The position numbers and the translations under genes are program-made. A stretch of 35,965 nt of DNA from Candidatus Fermentibacterota bacterium (GTDB lineage Bacteria; JAFGKV01): the NCBI GenBank assembly GCA_016928395.1, contig JAFGKV010000297.1:1-35965 (forward strand). The letters run 5' to 3'. The notes below the pieces were generated by a model. That model did no database searches. It saw nothing but the letters and a program-made list of their open reading frames with translations, and was not told where the DNA came from. How positions within the stretch are numbered: the first letter of the stretch is position 1; every line of letters starts with the position of its first letter. This document shows, piece by piece, positions 35,362 through 35,965 of this stretch.

Positions 35362-35696
35362 AGCCTGAACTCACGCATCGGGGCTCAGATACAGTCCTCG
35401 GAGTGCTTTGGATCGCGCAGGACTGCCTGCCTCGTGGAGTACGGGAGCAGGCTCCCGCCGGTGAAGGCCCCCGCAATCAGTAATGCTGGACCCCGCCCGC
35501 ACTCGGAGGTGTTCACGGCGGACGCCGATACGCGCCGCTGCGTGGCGTTCTCTCAACATCGAGAAGCCTGAATGCGCCGCGCACTCGGAGGCCCGACTAA
35601 CCTGTAACTTCATCAGAATAGCCTCGTGCGAAACGCTACGGACGATGCAGAGGTCGTCCCTCCATTCGGGAAAGATACCCTGTCCCTGGTCGCTCT

Positions 35697-35720
35697 GGAG
35701 GGTCGGGCTTCGTCCCGACC
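35697..35720 (+). repeat. REP-like palindrome
   Basis: GGAG tetranucleotide followed by GGTCGGG-CTTCGT-CCCGACC (7-bp GC stem), which is the G(T/G)AG-plus-hairpin layout of REP elements. Confidence 0.5.
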
Positions 35721-35888
35721 GCGACGCCACCAGGGTCTCGTACGAGGCTCAGAAGTTTCCCTATGTATGAGCAGGGCAACGCCCGGGGCCGGGTCTCGTG
35801 TGAGAGTACATCCACGCACTCGTACTCAAAGGTACGCCTCTCGAGAGCGATACCGATACCGACCCTGAGTGAGGAGTGAGGAGATAGG

Positions 35889-35965
35889 GGTACAGGTTCA
35901 ATACATAGGTAACGGGAATAGGTCAATACATGGGTAACGGAAGGAGGTAGACTGAGCCGGTCGAA
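35889..35965 (-). mobile_element. Probable right end of an IS481-family insertion sequence; element continues beyond the window
   Basis: 18-nt direct repeat TCAATACAT(A/G)GGTAACGG at 35898-35915 and 35923-35940. The minus strand reads GTTACCCATGT...GTTACCTATGT...GTACC, the doubled end motif I recall for IS481 elements. A minus-strand frame entering from the edge ends STGSVYLLPLPMY* at 35923. Confidence 0.6.

Noticed and set aside
35371..35926. Short ORFs (80-119 aa) in the terminal region
   Set aside because: No convincing RBS or motifs, and they overlap repeats and hairpins, so the region was treated as non-coding.
35898..35940. 18-nt direct repeats considered as the start of a CRISPR array
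   Set aside because: Only two copies separated by 7 nt, far too short for a spacer; no cas genes; better explained as an IS end.

Overview
GC-rich bacterial chromosomal segment from a diderm organism (Omp85 barrel, lipoproteins, Mpl), probably an anaerobe (group-2-type ETF). The C-terminal domain of the FG-GAP protein resembles ones I recall from Candidatus Fermentibacteria/FCB-related genomes, which is an unverified inference. Left arm (- strand): unknown membrane protein, nth, histidine phosphatase, YmaB-like NUDIX, sppA and two GT-B glycosyltransferases. The + strand run encodes a secreted discoidin-like protein, a HEAT-repeat protein and a degenerate HD-GYP protein that share a paralogous N-terminal domain, mpl, an SGNH-TPR protein, STAS, pcm, an unknown lipoprotein, a metallopeptidase/PD40/Omp85 fusion and recG. 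Next come a convergent GT-C glycosyltransferase, an FG-GAP propeller protein, etfB-etfA-acyl-CoA dehydrogenase, tRNA-Gly(CCC), der, gpsA, a MerR-type regulator, nupC and a MacB/LolCDE-type ABC pair. The last 600 bp are non-coding and repeat-rich, and end in what looks like the right end of an IS481-family element. No CRISPR array, prophage, integrase or defence system was seen. The best candidates for undescribed biology are the HEAT/pseudo-HD-GYP pair, the pcm-lipoprotein-protease/Omp85 envelope cluster, the putative C-terminal sorting domain and a structured leader upstream of the unknown membrane protein. All calls come from reading motifs by eye; no searches were run.
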